64,000 nucleotides of DNA from Clostridia bacterium. Its GTDB lineage: Bacteria; Bacillota; Clostridia; Monoglobales; Firm-18. The notes below the pieces were generated by a model, which worked only from the letters and a program-made list of their open reading frames with translations, ran no database searches and had not been told where the DNA came from. Position numbers and translations under genes: made by a program. Positions 63,576-64,000 of this stretch are shown here, in pieces. Every line of letters begins with the position of its first letter. Positions within the stretch are counted from its first letter, which is position 1. The stretch lies in NCBI GenBank assembly GCA_045660545.1, contig JAZREA010000019.1, positions 21,179 to 85,178 of the forward strand, given 5' to 3'.

Positions 63576-64000
63576 TTTCAACACTACCCTTTATTTCATC
63601 GTAATAACAACACTTATCTTCTACAAGCTCGTATATTTTGCTGATAAGCTTGTTCACAAGCGACTTATAATCATCGTTAGAAAGCTTACTTTCGTAGTAT
63701 TCGTTATAGTAAATCGGCTCGCCGAATTTAACAACCGTCTTTGAAAACGGCCTGAGCCTGCTGATTCCGACAGGGATGATCGGCACCTCGCTTTTTATCG
63801 CGAACATAACTGCCCCGGGCTTTACGTCTGCAAGGTGCATACAACGTCTTGTCCCCTCGGGAAAAATAATTAACGAATTTTCGTCCTTTAACAGCTTGAT
63901 ACAAATCCTCAGCGACTTTAAACTGCCGGTGCTGCGGTCAACAGGGACGCACCCTACCGAACGGAAAAACTTATCTAAAATTTTATTTTTAAACAGCTCT
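63565..64000 (-). CDS. plsC: 1-acyl-sn-glycerol-3-phosphate acyltransferase (5' end beyond window)
   Basis: IFPEGTR, PVDR, VPIIPVG motifs on minus strand. Confidence 0.88.
   Translation of the reverse strand, partial: ELFKNKILDKFFRSVGCVPVDRSTGSLKSLRICIKLLKDENSLIIFPEGTRRCMHLADVKPGAVMFAIKSEVPIIPVGISRLRPFSKTVVKFGEPIYYNEYYESKLSNDDYKSLVNKLISKIYELVEDKCCYYDEIKGSVENGC

Overview
64 kb of a low-GC Bacillota (Clostridia-like, sporulation genes present) chromosome, possibly near the replication terminus. Left part: gap, a PyrR-type attenuated pyrimidine operon (pyrC-carB-pyrK-pyrD-pyrF-pyrE-pyrB-pyrI) and a ZMP/ZTP-riboswitch-controlled purine operon (purE-F-M-N, stand-alone IMP cyclohydrolase, AICAR formyltransferase, glyA, purD, purL). 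Directly after purL (22.8-26.6 kb) is a run of unrelated AT-rich single genes, each preceded by a copy of one 55-95 bp intergenic repeat. This is a candidate integron-like gene-cassette array and the most novel-looking feature; further repeat copies lie at 32.3 and 34.8 kb. A ~9.4 kb integrative element (38767-48221) sits in the 3' end of tRNA-Ser(GCT). It carries a large serine recombinase whose C-terminus would be swapped on excision, two ArdA-like anti-restriction genes with twin palindromic operators, an HUH Rep-like protein and a Dam-type methylase plus PD-(D/E)xK nuclease. Right part: tRNA-Ser x2, gatCAB, ligA, yunB, ylmC, a XerC-like recombinase preceded by a near-perfect 11-6-11 palindromic dif-like site, three M42 peptidases (one apparently catalytically dead), an ispH-rpsA fusion and partial plsC. 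GATC appears strongly depleted across the window. All calls come from reading the sequence by eye; no database searches were run.
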